A DNA stretch of 64,000 nucleotides from Laetmonice hystrix (Eukaryota), in assembly GCA_965235115.1 (NCBI GenBank), contig OZ249436.1:48424001-48488000 (forward strand), in the 5' to 3' direction. Numbering within the stretch: position 1 is the stretch's first letter; every line of letters starts with the position of its first letter. Below the pieces are notes generated by a model. The model saw only the letters and a list, made by a program, of their open reading frames with translations, was not told the DNA's origin and made no database searches. The translations under genes were made by a program, and so were the position numbers. Below are positions 22,501 through 36,948 of this stretch, piece after piece.

Positions 22501-25500
22501 TCATGACTCTTGCCACGCCTGTTCCTTCAGTGAAGGCCGCTTACATCAGGCAGACTAAAACTAAAGAGGAAGGATTGAGAGCTTATTGTGATGGTGTTTT
22601 AATTAAACAACTGGTGGGGATGGGGTCAAATAGGAGACAAGCAAAGAAAAGTGGAAAAATTGCTTAAAATTGGGGGGTTGGTCCTCCTGGAACTGCCCCT
22701 AGAGCATAACTTTACATATATATGTGGATGTATAGAGTACTGAGGACAACCGGGAACTCCAACGCCGCATCACGGTACACATTGTGACAGTCTGCGAGAG
22801 GCTGTTCAGCCACTTCATCAACAAAGCCCAAAGTAAGTCACACAACTTATATTCTCACGGCCTTGGTATTTATACATTAGGGCGATTCCATGAAAAAGTG
22901 GACAACATAAAAAAAAAATAAAATGCATGAATTGTTTCAAAAATTTAATTTTACAATCCTAAGAGCCTATATTTTAGAATTTCACATTAATTTTTAAAAT
23001 CCCATTTCAGTCGTACCATAAATTAACCCCTTTAACCCCCAAGCGACCGATTTTGGGATTTTTTAGTAAATTTACATGCTATTTTTAAATCAGATAAAGT
23101 AAAGTACTTTGACGGGTATTATGATTTACTGCACATTTATTGCTTCACTGAGATGCATTCTAGTATTTAAAATCTAATTTGAAGTAGTTACAAGCTATTT
23201 TAGTTCGTAATCTTAATTTTAAAAATGGCGGATTGATATGTCCCGTACAACACAAAATCAAGACAATTTATTATGCTGAAGGAGTATGGGATTTTAAAAA
23301 ACTATTAAATCAAGGATACTCTAACCTCATGATATAAGCAATAAATTGGGATAGTATTGTTTGGTAATTCCTCTTAACTTTTAGTAAATAACAACTTTTC
23401 TTCTGTCCCGTACAACACTTTGTCCCGTACAACACGATGTACATGTCCCGTACAACACAGTTCAGGAAGTACGTTAGTTGCTGCCTACCCCCTATGGCTG
23501 CCAAAATAAATTAAAAACTCATGAGGTGTGTGAATTCCATTGTCCTCCATCTCCCAGGTTGTCGACACAGACATTTTTTGTGGATTTTCGTGTTTTTTTA
23601 AAGATTCAAATGGCACCAAAAAAGGCACTAAATTAGTGTCAAAATTCAGAAATTTTCCTACCTTTGGCCACAAAATTATAAGTTTCAGGGATTTTGATAT
23701 TTTCTCCTGTTCATGGAAATGTATGCTGTAGGATTATTACCTGAATTGTTTCAAAAATTTAATTTTCAAGCCCAGAGGGTAATGTCCCAAACCTACATGA
23801 TGAAATCGGGGGTCCCGGCCAGACCAGGCCCCAACCGTGCCCAGTTGCCCCGCCATTTTGTTCACAGTCCCTTTTTTCATAAGGTGCTTACATTTGAGTA
23901 ATTATAAGTTTGTTCATTTTCTTTTAAGTTTACATTCTAAATGAAGGATAAAAATGTCCCGTACAACACCTTTCGGTGTGTCCCGTACAACACACCACTT
24001 TTTCTGATGCTGCCCGTAAACTAAGACAGAAAGAAGAATCAGTGTATATAATTTAATTAGAGACACCATCCAGGTTCTATTCTAGAGTAACGAAAATACA
24101 ATGATGTAAGCAAGTTCACAGACTTTTTTGAAAATATCACCCAATATCAGAAGTTATGTCCATTTTGGTGTCCCGTACAACACGGAACATTTTTTCGAAT
24201 ATGGGGCTATGGTGACAGATAAATGTTGAATTGGTATTACCTGTCATTCACCTGGGTGGTAACCCATATAAAACCGATATAACCACCTAACTTTTATAAG
24301 GCATATTTAGCACAGAGGGGGGAAACTGCTCTGAATGTCCCGTACAACACACTGTGGAATCGCCCATTGTGATCTCTCTTGGTTTGTAAAATTTCCTTAC
24401 AGGTATGTTAGAACTTAAAATATTTGCAGTCGGGTGAAAACTGATTACTTAGAGATAAAATAAGTTACAAAGTACCATGGAGGTTTTAGGATCATTTGAA
24501 CTTCAATATTGCTGGACTTCTGGGAACAAAACAGTGTCATTACACATTGCTCTGTTATCTTCTAGTTCTGAACAAGCGGGGTGTGTTCAGTGGTCCAGCC
24601 AATATGAGTCGTCTAAAAGCACAGTTATCTCTGGATGCTAACAAATTGTAAGTCTTTTTCACTGTTGGACCGAAGTGCCAACTATTGTCTGTTGAGTTTT
24701 TTTTTCCTTTCAATTTGTAAGATTTATTTCAATATGCATGAGAGATACACAAGTATGTCTTTTCCTTTTGTTAGCCAAAAAAGACATATTTTTTAGCTTT
24801 CCTTACTAGCTCTTACAAAGTTTTAAGGATTTGTTAACATAAAAAAGATACCTTCTTTTCTGTTCTCAGAACTTAGAAAAGAAATGGTTTGTAAGATTTT
24901 TAAGGTTTTGTACAGGCATGTTATAATATATTATGTATGTTTTCAGCCTGAATGTATTGACAGTGCGAAGGTATATAATTGAGGACATGCGAAGAACAAA
25001 CAAGCATGATGCAGAGACTACAAATGCCAGTGGTTACATCAAACCACAGCAGAGGGCGCCACACGTGCCTCCCAACATAATGACACACCATCACCTTGTA
25101 ATTCATCTTAAGTTGCATCGTTAGGAATTGCTACAGTTCAAATTATTTTAACTTGAAAAGGAGGCATGTTTGAATATTAAGGTTGAGCCTTCTCTGGAGA
25201 TACCATTAGTTTGATAAATATCTGTGATATAAGTGTTGATACCAAGTTCTATTATTGCAGATTCAAGCTAGTCGACCCAAATCAGAAAACCAGAAACTCA
25301 GGCAAGCATGTCGAGGAGGGGAGGTTGCAGAGGTAGGAATTTTTACTTGCCTCTGAACATTTCTGAGAACCCTGGGCTGTTTGTCTCTGTATGTGTCTCC
25401 AACCATTGGCCTGTAGCCTGATTTTCAGACCCAATAATCTGACACAGACTGGAATATTTTGGCGTGTTAAAACGTTGTGTTGGTTTAACTGAGTTGTTGG

Positions 25501-28500
25501 ATGATATCTCCTGTTGACAGATTCAGGCCAAGATGCCCAGCCTTGACACCAGCAAACTGCTCGAGATAATCGCTGACTTGCCGGACAGACTGAGTGACAC
25601 AGGGGGTCGAGGTAGGTTTGTCCAAGTGATACATTATTGAGTAAATCTTATAGAAAAATAATCTATGGACAGAGTTTCATATAAGTTTAGTTTTTAAAAC
25701 CTCTGAATTTGTAAAATTTTCCAAACACAATATACAGACAGACCTCATTTATCTGAGCACCTTGGTTCATACTGGAATGTGAAACACATGGATTACTGAT
25801 GATGGTGCATTGAAGGTACCAATAATTATAACGCCCTTCCCTGATTTATGAAGTAACAAATAACAAAATGACAATGATGTTTTATTCTGGTAATGCTAAT
25901 TGACTTGGACAGTTCACAGGCAAGTAATTATAGCATGTGATGGCATGCCAAACTGCTGACTTGAATGGCATGTTTTCTGTTGTCTGCACACGTGAGCGGG
26001 TAGAAAATACTGAGATAGAGTCTTATATCCATCGAAATTATTATGTTACTAGGTTCTAAAACTTGCTCATCACACTCTGACATATGGTTTTTTATATCTC
26101 TAACCTGTAATCGAGGTCCATACTGAGTGTTTTATTGATTTTGTCAGAGGACAGTTCTCAAGTGAGCTCTGACCTAAGGTCAGAAGGTATGTATGTATGG
26201 TGCATTAAAACAAGATATTTTATGTCTGATAATGAAAAAATCCACCTCACTCTGGTAATCATTGTGTGGTCTTAATGAGTCCTCAACTGCCTGAACTAAA
26301 CCATGTTTTCACAGATATTTAAGTTTTCAATCACCCATTCTCTTGTTTTTCCTGTCTTGTGTCTTGGTGAATGAGATATGATTCTCAGTATCTGAACGGC
26401 CATTCACATTGAACTAAGGTTGTCCTCTGTTTGTCTGTTTGCCGTGTGACTAACATACCTGACAACAGGTGATTAGGGCCAGTAGAGTGGTGAAATGTGT
26501 CAAGTAGGCTCCTAGTACAATCAGCCAAAGCACTAATGATTTTAATGGTTTTCTAAGGTTTACTTATGAATCCATGTGGGTACACACAGAGACAGAAATT
26601 ATATTATTGTAATTGATGCAGAACCCTGATTGATTAATTTATAATATCAGTGTGCATGTTTTCACAGTAACTACAAGTGTTGGTCACTACCAATGTCAAT
26701 CAAATATATCTGGGAAATTAACACTTTTTGAATACTTTTTATAGGTAAATCTTCAGAAAGTCAGAAATATGGACCAGGGACCAAGCCTCTCTGCAGGTAA
26801 AGAGAACATGTTTGTAGAACATGTACATGTTATATATTTGGAAATAGAGTTGGAAATAATACTTAATAATTTTAAACTGACAGCTTTATTGAAGAAAGGT
26901 AAAAGGAATTTACCTCCTACTACTTGGTTTTTGTAACAGCTGGTATAATGTGTATAATATCTTTGTTTCACATTTTTGCAATACAGTTTTGTTGCATCAC
27001 AAAAGGGTCCAAAATGAATCACAATTTGTGATGCGATGTACAGGTTAAATCAAGCCCTGTTATGGCTCTGAACTGAAGTGCTCGTCCTGCGGATTTGGAG
27101 TTTTTTTATTTTTATTTTTTTTATTGAACATCTTTACCCAGGATTACCCACTCGGCTAGGTGCCGTTACAAATGTGAGGTCCTGCATGGATGCAGAATCT
27201 TCAGAAAGTTATTGTCAAAGATGGTACCCAAGATGACTTATGGACAGAAGTTGTTCCTCAGTCTATGTCAAGTCTGATTGTTTCTCTGAAAGATTATCAC
27301 AGCAGAGTTTCTTGGAAATCAATGCTTTTTATTTTCTGTTTTACCATTTTTCCCAGGAGACCATCTGAGGACATATCAAGAGAAACAGTTATCCTTAAGG
27401 TGGGTCATTCCATAAACATTAAAATAAAATTGTTCCTACATATATGTAACCTTTTTGTAATGACGTTAAACAGAACCTGCAAAAATTAAAATGTTCTTAT
27501 ACAAATTTGTAAATGTTCATTCAAAGCCCAATTTTTGGCCAGTATTTCTGTAACCAGCATGTACAATTGCATGAATTTTTTTCACCGTAGAGATCGAACT
27601 CAGTGCCACAGCTTGAAATGGAGAGTTTGCTGGAGGAATTAGGGATTGATGGTGGTGGTAGACAAAGTGTGGCATCACTCACCACACCCACCGGGACAGG
27701 AACCCCACACAAGGTAGTCTGCCAAATCCAGGTCCATGCAAGCCACTTACTTAGAAATTCAGCCCTGTTCTTCAGTTGATAGGGTTTTGTACTTCATTCT
27801 TCAGTTCTTCTGAGTAATTCAATCTTTTTTTGTAAAACTGGAGGAACTTATAAAAAGTTGACTTTGATGTTTCATTGGGTGATATGCATTCCCCCTAGAT
27901 ATTGGCATACATCCACACATACAAAGATGACAACACGTGGCAAGGTTTGCATGTGTAGTATGTTGATATCTTCCACAAGCAGACAGTCCATGAGAAGCAG
28001 AAAACACTCCAAGGCCCCGAAACACGGGACTTTGCAGCTGAGGATCTCAACCGTCTTGCAGCCAGAACAAAGGATTACGAGCAGGTAACAGATGATGAGG
28101 ACCTGCCACCGTTGATCCAAGCGCTGGTACGTAGCTCACGTCACGATGGTAAGAGGGAGATACTTCAACAACAGTTGAGAGACCTAGAAGAACAGGAACG
28201 AGCCCGAGAGGAGGCAGAAAGGTGAGAAGTGCACTGGACAGTGTCAGAATATAATACCAGACATAGCAAACATGTAGTTCAAAAGTTTATGATATTGTCA
28301 TATTTTCCTTGCATTTTTCAGTCTTTTTAGCATCCTCATTCTGTTTCAAACACATTACTAATTGTTTTTTTTATGCATGTTTGTTTCATTGTGTTTTTGA
28401 TTACAGGGTGATAAGACCGGAGCCAACCCATCCCCAGCCTGCCACAGTGGCGGCCTGCATGCCCAACAAAATGACAGTGCGAGCCTCCGACATCCGAGTC

Positions 28501-31500
28501 TCAGAACGAGTCTGTCTCTCCTCAGTGACTCTGCAGAAACACACCACAGTCTACAATGACCTTATCGATGAGGTGAGTGGGGATCTATAACAGTTAGTGT
28601 TACAGTAACAAGTAACCAAGACCCATGGATGGCTAACGGTATCAGTTTGTCAATGGTGACAGAGAGTTGCTCCTTTTCTTTTACTTACCAACCCAGTGGC
28701 AAGTTGGCCCACAGTGAGTGTTAACACAGCTGTGTTAAATTTAGCGAAAGATTTCCATATTCCTTACTTTGCGATCTATGCTTTCATTCCCTATTGCATG
28801 TTAAACTTCTACCTTCAGATCGACCCTGTGACTGTCAAACGACTTGACAGCAATCTATTCCTGGGAGATGAGATCACAGAAGTTTATCACGAGATAATGA
28901 AGACTGTACCAACTGACCATCTGGACCTGGAAAACGTAAGTGTTCCTGCAGGCATACACCAATACTGGGATGAGGTTTCTGTTCAAGGCAGTACATCTTT
29001 AAGAGTGGTTGAGAGGAGTACCATAATTCTACACTATCCTGGTGACCCTGTAGAACAAGACTTGTCCTAATTAAGGATCTTGACTTATGCCTAAATAAAC
29101 CCTCCAAGTTCACAGTACGATTTGCTCAAAGTCGACCTTTGGAAACCATTTTCCTTTATATTTACTGACAACTGTGGCCAAGAAGAAAGCAGGTCCCGTC
29201 TCATATTATACAGGACAGCTTTAGTTGCAGGCATGGCATGAAGTCACTGGTCAGTAAGTCAGTTATCATTAGTTAGCTCACATGTGTGATCTTGCAATGT
29301 GGTAGGACCCCCTGGTCGAGCCAGCAGCAGACTCGATCAACATGGCAGCCATGGCGTCCTCCATGCTCACTAAGAAGAAGGAGGACCGTGTCATTAACCC
29401 AACCTTACGTCACAATACTGGCGCCCCCTGGGGGGAACTGGACTTCAGTGAGTGGGCCAAGGGGTCAAGTCCACCCAAAGGAATGAGCAATGTGGTGAGT
29501 TATTGCGGCGCCCTCTAACTGTGGGCTGGCTGTCTGGCTGTCTGGCTGACACAAGTAATCTGTTAAATTTACATGCGATTTATTTTGAAAAGTTATCCGT
29601 CAATTAACACTCAGATGTACAAAAATCGCACCCAACTTTTTTATCTCCAAAATTTTTAAAAGTTGATGATAAAAACAGATTACCAGTATGTCCTTTTAGC
29701 ATTAGCATACAGAAGTTCCGTCATGAAATTATTATAACTTTATTTATATTTTTCCACCAGCAAAATGGGAATTTGGATGACCTTGACGACCCTGGTCTGA
29801 AATCTGAAGGTGCAGCAGAAGGTGGCATGAGTGACTTCCTGGCGCGTTCCTACGCCTCGTGGCTGTTATGGTGGAAGAATACCATGAACAGTGATGACTA
29901 CATGAAATATCTCTCTACTCAGGTAAAACAGGTGCTTTCATACTTCGTCAGATATAAACAAAGTCAGGTTTCTTTAATATCAATGAAAGATAGCAGTTAA
30001 AGGATGAATGTTCAGATAAACCACCGAGTTACAGTTTGAAAATTACATGTGTTAGGAAACGGATTACATGGGGGTAGTGTTCCACTTCTACAACTCTGAG
30101 GACGAGGACGAAGAGAAAGAGCTGTCCCAATCAAGAGCCTCCAAACGTCTGACAAAAGAGGAAGAGTGAGTATCAGCTTATCTTGTACTTATTTTGTCTT
30201 TTTGTACCTTTTTGTACCATCTGTGTGATAGTTTATTCCCAACCGAATACATTGCAAGATATTGCAAAAAGAGAAATATTTAGCATATTTTAAGGTAGAG
30301 TCAAGGCTCGAAAATTTTATTTTGATCTAAGCACTGATTGGTCTATTAAAACCCGCTAACTAGCAGACTGGCCACAAGTGTGGGACAGTTTAAAATATTT
30401 TATTTGCTAACATAATCAACTCCTACTTTTCCTGGATAGTTGAGATAGATGTTACATCTTGATTATGTAGAGAGCGTGAGACAAAGATGATGGAGTTACG
30501 ATCTCAGAAAACAGATTTCCAGGAAGGTTTCTGGAATGTGAACTCTGTCATGCTCGGTGGTCTTGGAAAGGATCCTCACATTGATGGTAAGTTTCACTTT
30601 GTGATTGTTAGTTTCTAAACCCTTTGACTATCTGAAGTGCTGGAAGATACAAGAAGATGGTTCATGAACTTTATGCCCTTTAGTATCAAGGAGTTAGCCA
30701 CCAGTGTGTTTGTTTAGTGACTTTGGTCCTTTAAGAGGGGGATTATGGTCGCATTGTTACTATGTGTTACTGGGACACTTGACCTTGCAGAGGAGGAAAA
30801 AGAATCAAGGACAAGGAGTCCCCAGTCTGAGAAGGTAGCCGCTGCCAAGGTCGTGAGCACCAAGGCCAAGGTCATCAGTCGCAAACAGCTTAGGATGCTG
30901 GGAAGACAAGAGGAAGCGAGTGAGGAGTACGACCCAGAGCTGTCCATCAGGTGGGAATAAAAAAATCCAAGATTTCCTTCAAGTTATTACATCCACAAAC
31001 TGGATGGCAGTCTTAATAACTTTCTGTTGTTTCCTGACCCCTTAAGAACATTTATTTCTAGACTTATGCCAACATTATTGGTGACTCTGGTGGCCTCAGC
31101 TATATCCCGACTTGCATCCCTCACACCGTTGCATTGGATGTATTATTTTTTTAAGGGGCAGTGACCGAACCAGGATGTCTCGAGCTACCTACCGCAGTAG
31201 CAACACTCCAAGAGCCTCCAAGGTGGGTGCAGACATTCACTTTTTAGTTTCTTCACACATGCCTTGTCTTGTTATGGCCCCCTACCTTAGATAACAGGAC
31301 TTTCAGAGTAACATATAGCATCCCTTTTTCCCCACTATTAAGGCAAAGGGCAGAGTTGGGCGAGATGAAAAGGGTGAGAAGCTGAGCCCGCAGGATCGCC
31401 TGGAGAAGGTATGGACGGTTCTGTGTATGCCGGACAACCTCCGTCTGGACATGGCCATCAAGTACAGCTCTGACCACTACCATCACAAAATGGACGAGGT

Positions 31501-33011
31501 TTGTCACTAGGGGGCGACACTGGCAGGGTGGCATGACACGGGGACAATCGATCAGTTCGTTAGGCCCAATGACTGACTCGTAGAGCTTTACTAGGGTTGG
31601 CCTAGGTCCTGGAAAACACAAAGTTCTGAAATGTATTGAAAGGTTTTGGGAAATCTATTCGTCCTTAGCAAGTCCTGGAAAACAAATGACCAAACCTATT
31701 TCTTCACGTCATAATTTTCTTTTGTTTTCTTGTATTGAACAAAAAGGATTTGTGATATTATGTATATTCCTCTGACGTTTGGAAGTGCAACATGTATCGT
31801 TTTACTGGGGTCTTTTGTGAATCATTATTTCTGTGTTACAGGCTATTGTGGCATGGGAGAATGTGACAAAGATGATTCTCAAACGAGAAGAACAAATTGC
31901 CAAACTGGAGAACTTTGAAAGACTGGCTTCGGATCCAAACAGGTTTTTTGAGAAGGGTAGGCCAAACTTGCCAAATTTACGTGTAACTAGAAATTGTGAA
32001 AGTCTCAGGAAAAAATAAGCCATATTGTTTCAAGTATTTAGTCATGAAATTTCAGCAATTCTCCAAAAGGAGAAACATATTTGCTTAGAGGTTGTCTTAG
32101 GCTTTCATCTCCAAATGTACTATATGATTGTGGTGTTTAAATTTAGCTTTCTTTATTTTCAGGACAGCGAGGTTTGTCAGTGGCTCGGCTTGAGGAAGCT
32201 AAGATCAGGAGTGCAATCTATAAGGTAGGAGTAAAAATATTGTAGACCTTAGACAATGTTCCAGTGTATGATGGATTGTACTTGGGAACCAACGGAAAAC
32301 CAAGCAAATTTGGCCATTGTTTTTATTTTAAAAAGTTAAAGGTTGTAAAACGTTTGAAAGTTCGCATTTGACAAGAAAATTATTTCTAGTCTACGGGAAG
32401 AGCTAGAAATTTGGCATGTTTTCCAGACTAAACTTTTCCCTTCTCGACTCTCAGCTGGGGTGTTTATACTTGCTCTGATTTCACAGAAAATCGAAACCAT
32501 CGACGTGGAGCTCAAGAAACTTTTAGAAAACGTGAAGGAAGAATACCAGGACAACGTCACCTTCCAGGTGAGGAAATTTACCCTAAAATTAAAAGAAAAA
32601 TCAGGGCAGTAGAGTCCTGAGATAAAAAAAACCAACAATTTGTAAATCAAATTAAAGTCAAGGGCCCAGGGCCCATACGGAAAAAGTTCTGATGTAATTA
32701 ATTTGCCAATGGATGTTATCTTACTTTCCTTTCATTGAAGCAAAATATCAATCTACTTTTAAAAATTCCTTGTCTTACAACGGATTAACGCACACTGCCC
32801 GTTTAAATGTTGAAAGGTGCGCCGTATAAATGAGGTTGTGTTTGTTGTGCAGGGTCGAGAGTACGTGGAGAAGATGAGGTGGGATCGCACGGAGATGTTA
32901 TACTGGTTACAGGAGGAACGTAAACAACAGGCCATGGAACTGGAGACCCGCCTCAACCACCTGCCACAACTCCCTCTTGGCATGGTACAGCTAGAGCCCC
33001 TAGTTACCTGA
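19502..33011 (+). CDS. CCDC87: Coiled-coil domain-containing protein 87-like (MAP65/PRC1-like C-terminal region), about 28 coding exons
   Basis: GT-AG exons (approximate): 19502-19624, 19904-19976, 21419-21468, 21782-21895, 22131-22202, 22736-22832, 24566-24647, 24947-25097, 25261-25332, 25521-25611, 26148-26186, 26745-26796, 27357-27399, 27591-27713, 27982-28221, 28408-28572, 28819-28935, 29307-29494, 29761-29922, 30056-30165, 30471-30586, 30791-30950, 31156-31222, 31342-31498, 31842-31956, 32163-32224, 32487-32567, 32853-33011. Motifs QDRLEKVWTVLCMPDNLRLDMAIKYSS, LENFERLASDPNRFF and FQGREYVEKMRWDRTEMLYWLQEER match my recollection of CCDC87. Confidence 0.85.
20088..20263. mobile_element. Degenerate foldback MITE
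   Basis: ctgtcttagtaaggtctagttattaa ... ttaataaccagaccttagtaagacag inverted arms. Confidence 0.6.
22880..24365. mobile_element. 1.49-kb non-autonomous DNA transposon in a CCDC87 intron
   Basis: TIR gggcgattcca / tggaatcgccc; flanks atta/attg; eight co-oriented copies of tgtcccgtacaacac; no transposase ORF. Confidence 0.8.
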
Positions 33012-33859
33012 GGCAGGAACCTACATCAGGGCAGGACACTCAGGCGAATCCAACCCTCTCTCTCCCCCCCTAAAAAAATAAATAAATAAACGTTAATAAA
33101 CTGTGTAAGACAGTGAGCAAGAATTCGTAAGGTGGTTTTTCACCAAGTGTAGTGATGGGATCATCCACATGGTGTCGCTGTTGGCGTTGTATCTGTAAGC
33201 GACGCAAAGAACGGAATTAAGGAAGGATGTTTGTGAAGATTCCTTGTGCCTAACGTCTTCATACTTAAGTGACCCGTCTCATATTTGAGAGTGTTTTATG
33301 TATGATCTGACCCCATAGAAAACTGATAAAACTGGATGTAAACTGAATGCCGTTAACCAGTATTCCTAAACATTCTAGGGTGCGCAGATGTGATGAAGTA
33401 GGTATGTTGTGTTCAGGAAATCTTCACATAAAATCCTGCACCCCAGGTATTCCAAAATCAAAACTCTTAAATGGTTTCTTTAACCTGTGATACTTGTAAA
33501 TAGTAGTTAAGTGCATCATTATCTCAGGACAGACCTAGGTACTGAGAACAGTGTGATTGTGTACAGAGTAGCCTAAGTAATAATTAAACACTATAAAATA
33601 TTTATTGATATTTTTTCATTTGTTGGGCTGCTGTCAACGTAAAGCCACCCTGCTGTGGCGAACTATTGGTAGACACCTAAGCTGTTCAAGTTTGGAAAAT
33701 GTTCTTTTTTATCTAGAATCTTAAGTGTCCTAGAAATGCTAATTTTTGGAGCTCTCTTCCAAAAGTTTTCTATCATCTAGATGTAGACATATTATAAGCG
33801 CTTATATTTAGGCCAAAGAAAAAAGCCCTGAATGCCTCGATCTAAAAGGACTGATTCTA

Positions 33860-34498
33860 AACGATTGGCTGATTCCAAGCAAGAATTTAGGTTAATAGAG
33901 AATCGATATTAACCAATGAAGTCACGCGAGTCGTGGTGCTGGCGCGTGGCTGGCACGTGCGCCACGATCCACCGGCATGCCACACGTGCACGCCCACCGG
34001 GTTACGTCGTTCAGCAGTGCGTGTGTCCGTGGACAGGTGGCGCGGCGGTCGCTGAGCGCTCTGCCCGCTCCGTCACATAATGAGGTGATCGAGCCTGGAC
34101 ACACGAAGTGGTTTCTCTCGCAAGGAGTGTGCTGCATTTATTTATTGAACGCGCATGAATGACAGCTGCCAACATTGATCCCGTGAGCTGGATACATCAC
34201 AACATCGCCACAGTGTCAGGAAGAGGACAGCTTAGTCTAGATTAAAAGTGGCAGCGGTTGCAGCCTTGGACCGGCAGCGGCGGCGGCGGCGCGGATTTCC
34301 ATAGACCGGCTCTTCCCCCGACTCTGCCCGGCATCGCCCGGCGCGAACCCCCGGATCCCCCGGTCGGCGGCACACGCCCGCGGATGGCACGCCACTTCAT
34401 GCGGCGCTTATGATCTGAACCCGCTGCGTCTTTATTAAAAGCAGGCGTGGACAAGAATGCCAAAGAACCAGGTCAGCTGGCGCTTCCGACAGGTAGGT
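33860..34498 (+). promoter_or_regulatory. CpG-island-like promoter and probable non-coding first exon
   Basis: Abrupt CpG/GC enrichment, CCAAT boxes, two CACGTG E-boxes, donor cag|gtaggt at ~34492; likely 5' end of the gene at 37594 (inference). Confidence 0.55.
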
Positions 34499-36478
34499 CT
34501 CTATGGGTGGGTGGGAGGGCTGCTGAGGGACGGGATGGAAGGAAGGCCACGCGCTCCACGTCTATGCAGTTATCTGTAGGGCCTATATCAGGGAGCCGCA
34601 GTGCCAATGGCTGGTCGATTCTCGGCACCATTGTATTATAAATACTCTGACCTGTTTTCACCTCCATCACTGCATCAGTGCTGGCAAGATCTGAGACAGG
34701 CCCGGAGTGACAGTGCCGTTTCCATGGAGACAAATTGGGTGGGTTGGGGGAGGAGGTACGATCAGCGGATAATGCATTGGCCAAGTGTTGATCAGACATC
34801 AGAAAGGGCCATCCTTGGTTGAGGGCGGGGGGGGGGGGATAAAAGGGCCTCCTGGGGTGCATCATCTCCCCACTATAATGAATTCCGGGCACACAACGGG
34901 CAGCCCAGGACCACAGGTTATTAGTGTAAAGTTATTACTCGAGGGGAAAATCTCGTTCACTCAAAGCCTGGGTCTGTACCTGCTATTATAGCTGGGAAAA
35001 TAACAATTCGCAATTCCGCATGCAGATCTAAAGGATCATAATTTAGCCGAAAGCTATTTATTTATTAGATATCCCTATAAATAATGCTGCGGACATGACA
35101 GAAATACATTAGTATAGATTCACTAGGGGCTATGTAATATTATATCTACAGCAATATAACTTAATGTCATGACAATGCCAGAACATCCATTATGAAAGGC
35201 TGCAGGTTCAGGCCCCTTTCCTTTCTTCCTGCAGTCGATCAGCGCCGGCAATATAATCTTTATAAAGAGGGCAGCTCACCGACGGCTGAGTAATAGCCAC
35301 ACGTACGTTGTAAAGGATGTGTTCGATCAGCCGTGCATGGTTCATTAATAATGTACGGCTCACCAAGGTGGTGGTTTGAGGTTGAGACTAAATTAAAGAG
35401 ACAGGCAGCCTGGCCCCGTCCCTGACCCCGAACGGTGAGATGGGCGGGGGAGGGGGGGTGGGTGGGGCAGGGCGGGGCTGTAGGCCTAGCTCCCGCGGCC
35501 GGACGGGCGTCTATTTCAGACCGCTCAGGGAGATGAGGGGCGGGTTGTGAGTTGGGGCGGGTTATGAGTTGGGCGGGTGCTGTGATTGCTGCTGGTCGGT
35601 GGACCTCAAGGGTCTCCCGGGGCTGTGTGTGAGACCATGATCCTGATCGGACCCGGCGGGTTTAATCAACACCTGAATAGCTCTGCTATAAATCTCGTGC
35701 CTGGTAGAATTATTATTATGGTTTATATGGGTCGGGCTCTCCTGGTGAAAAATATGGAATATGAGAGGTCCATGCATGCAGACAGTCCATAACATTTATA
35801 GGACTAGCGCCTACTATCTGGAATGGCCTATATCATTGAAGCATTTGCCTATAAAGACCCGTTCCATTATTATTTCATAATAGGAGAGTGCACCTGGGAT
35901 TTCTATACGATTTTGAGCCTAGAGATGGAACTAATAATCTGAAACAACGATAAATGCTTAGAAATTGATTCTATGGGCTATAACCGAACAGGCCAATCCT
36001 TCATGGTGTATGGTAATCGTCAAGGGGCCGTAAGAACGATCGCCTAGAGCTGCAGTATAGAGGGCCTACAGGGATCACTCAACCCCTAGGGCATACATTA
36101 GCTCGAGAGGCACACATAAAGTCTACACGTATCATACACCTATACCTGCAGCTAACAGGGGCCGCGTAAGCTGCTTGAATTGTATATACCTTGGGAAAAA
36201 AAAAAGGGGGGGGGGGTGAGGATCGTCACTAATCTGAAACTGTACACGATCACGGCGGATTGGTGTTTTTTTTTGGGGGGGGGCGGCTAATCAACGGATG
36301 GTGACTGATAGTCCGATTAAATTCCCCCCCCCGTCCACTAAATTTCCCCCGGTGATGGATGTGCTAAATCATTATGGCGTCGTTTGTAAATTTCTATAAC
36401 AATCTATAGAGAGAGAGAGGTGTAGTATATTGTAGAATGCATCATAATCCTATACGCCAATATATATCCTTTACGTAG

Positions 36479-36948
36479 CACTGGCGGATCCAGGGGGGGT
36501 TCAGGGGGTTCGAACCCCCCCCCTAAAATTTTGCAGATACACGTACACACATTTTAACTTAACATTATAATTTAGAAGGGTTTTTTTTCTTTCAGTCGCA
36601 AGATAAAAACCACCTAAAGATTCTTTTGCCTCGCTACGCTCGGCATGATTTCATGCTATATGTAGCCAAAGATGCTGTTGGACCTGAGGAGGACCTTTTG
36701 CCCTTGATCACATTGGTCATTGAATAGCTTATTTTGTGCTCCAAAATGCATCGGATTGCAACAAATTAGCCTACACCTTGAATTTCAAAATTTTCCGGGG
36801 GGGCATGCCCCCGGACCCCTCTAGAAAGGCTTTGCGCCTTCGGCGCTTGCAGACTTCGCGCCTTCGGCGCTCGTACAGTCACGTCTGTGTTACCCCTAAA
36901 CACGTTGAACCACCCCCCCCCTAACGGAAAAAGCTGGATCCGCCCCTG
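36479..36948. mobile_element. CAGGGGCGGATCC-family TIR element
   Basis: cactggcggatccagggggg ... ctggatccgcccctg; internal cgccttcggcgc repeats and G/C tracts. Confidence 0.8.

Noticed and set aside
23239..24350. Repeated 15-mer as CRISPR repeats
   Set aside because: Too short, irregular spacing (2 to ~500 bp), and enclosed by transposon TIRs
34242..34892. ORFs in the GC-rich region
   Set aside because: Low-complexity translations expected from CpG-island DNA; no coding signature
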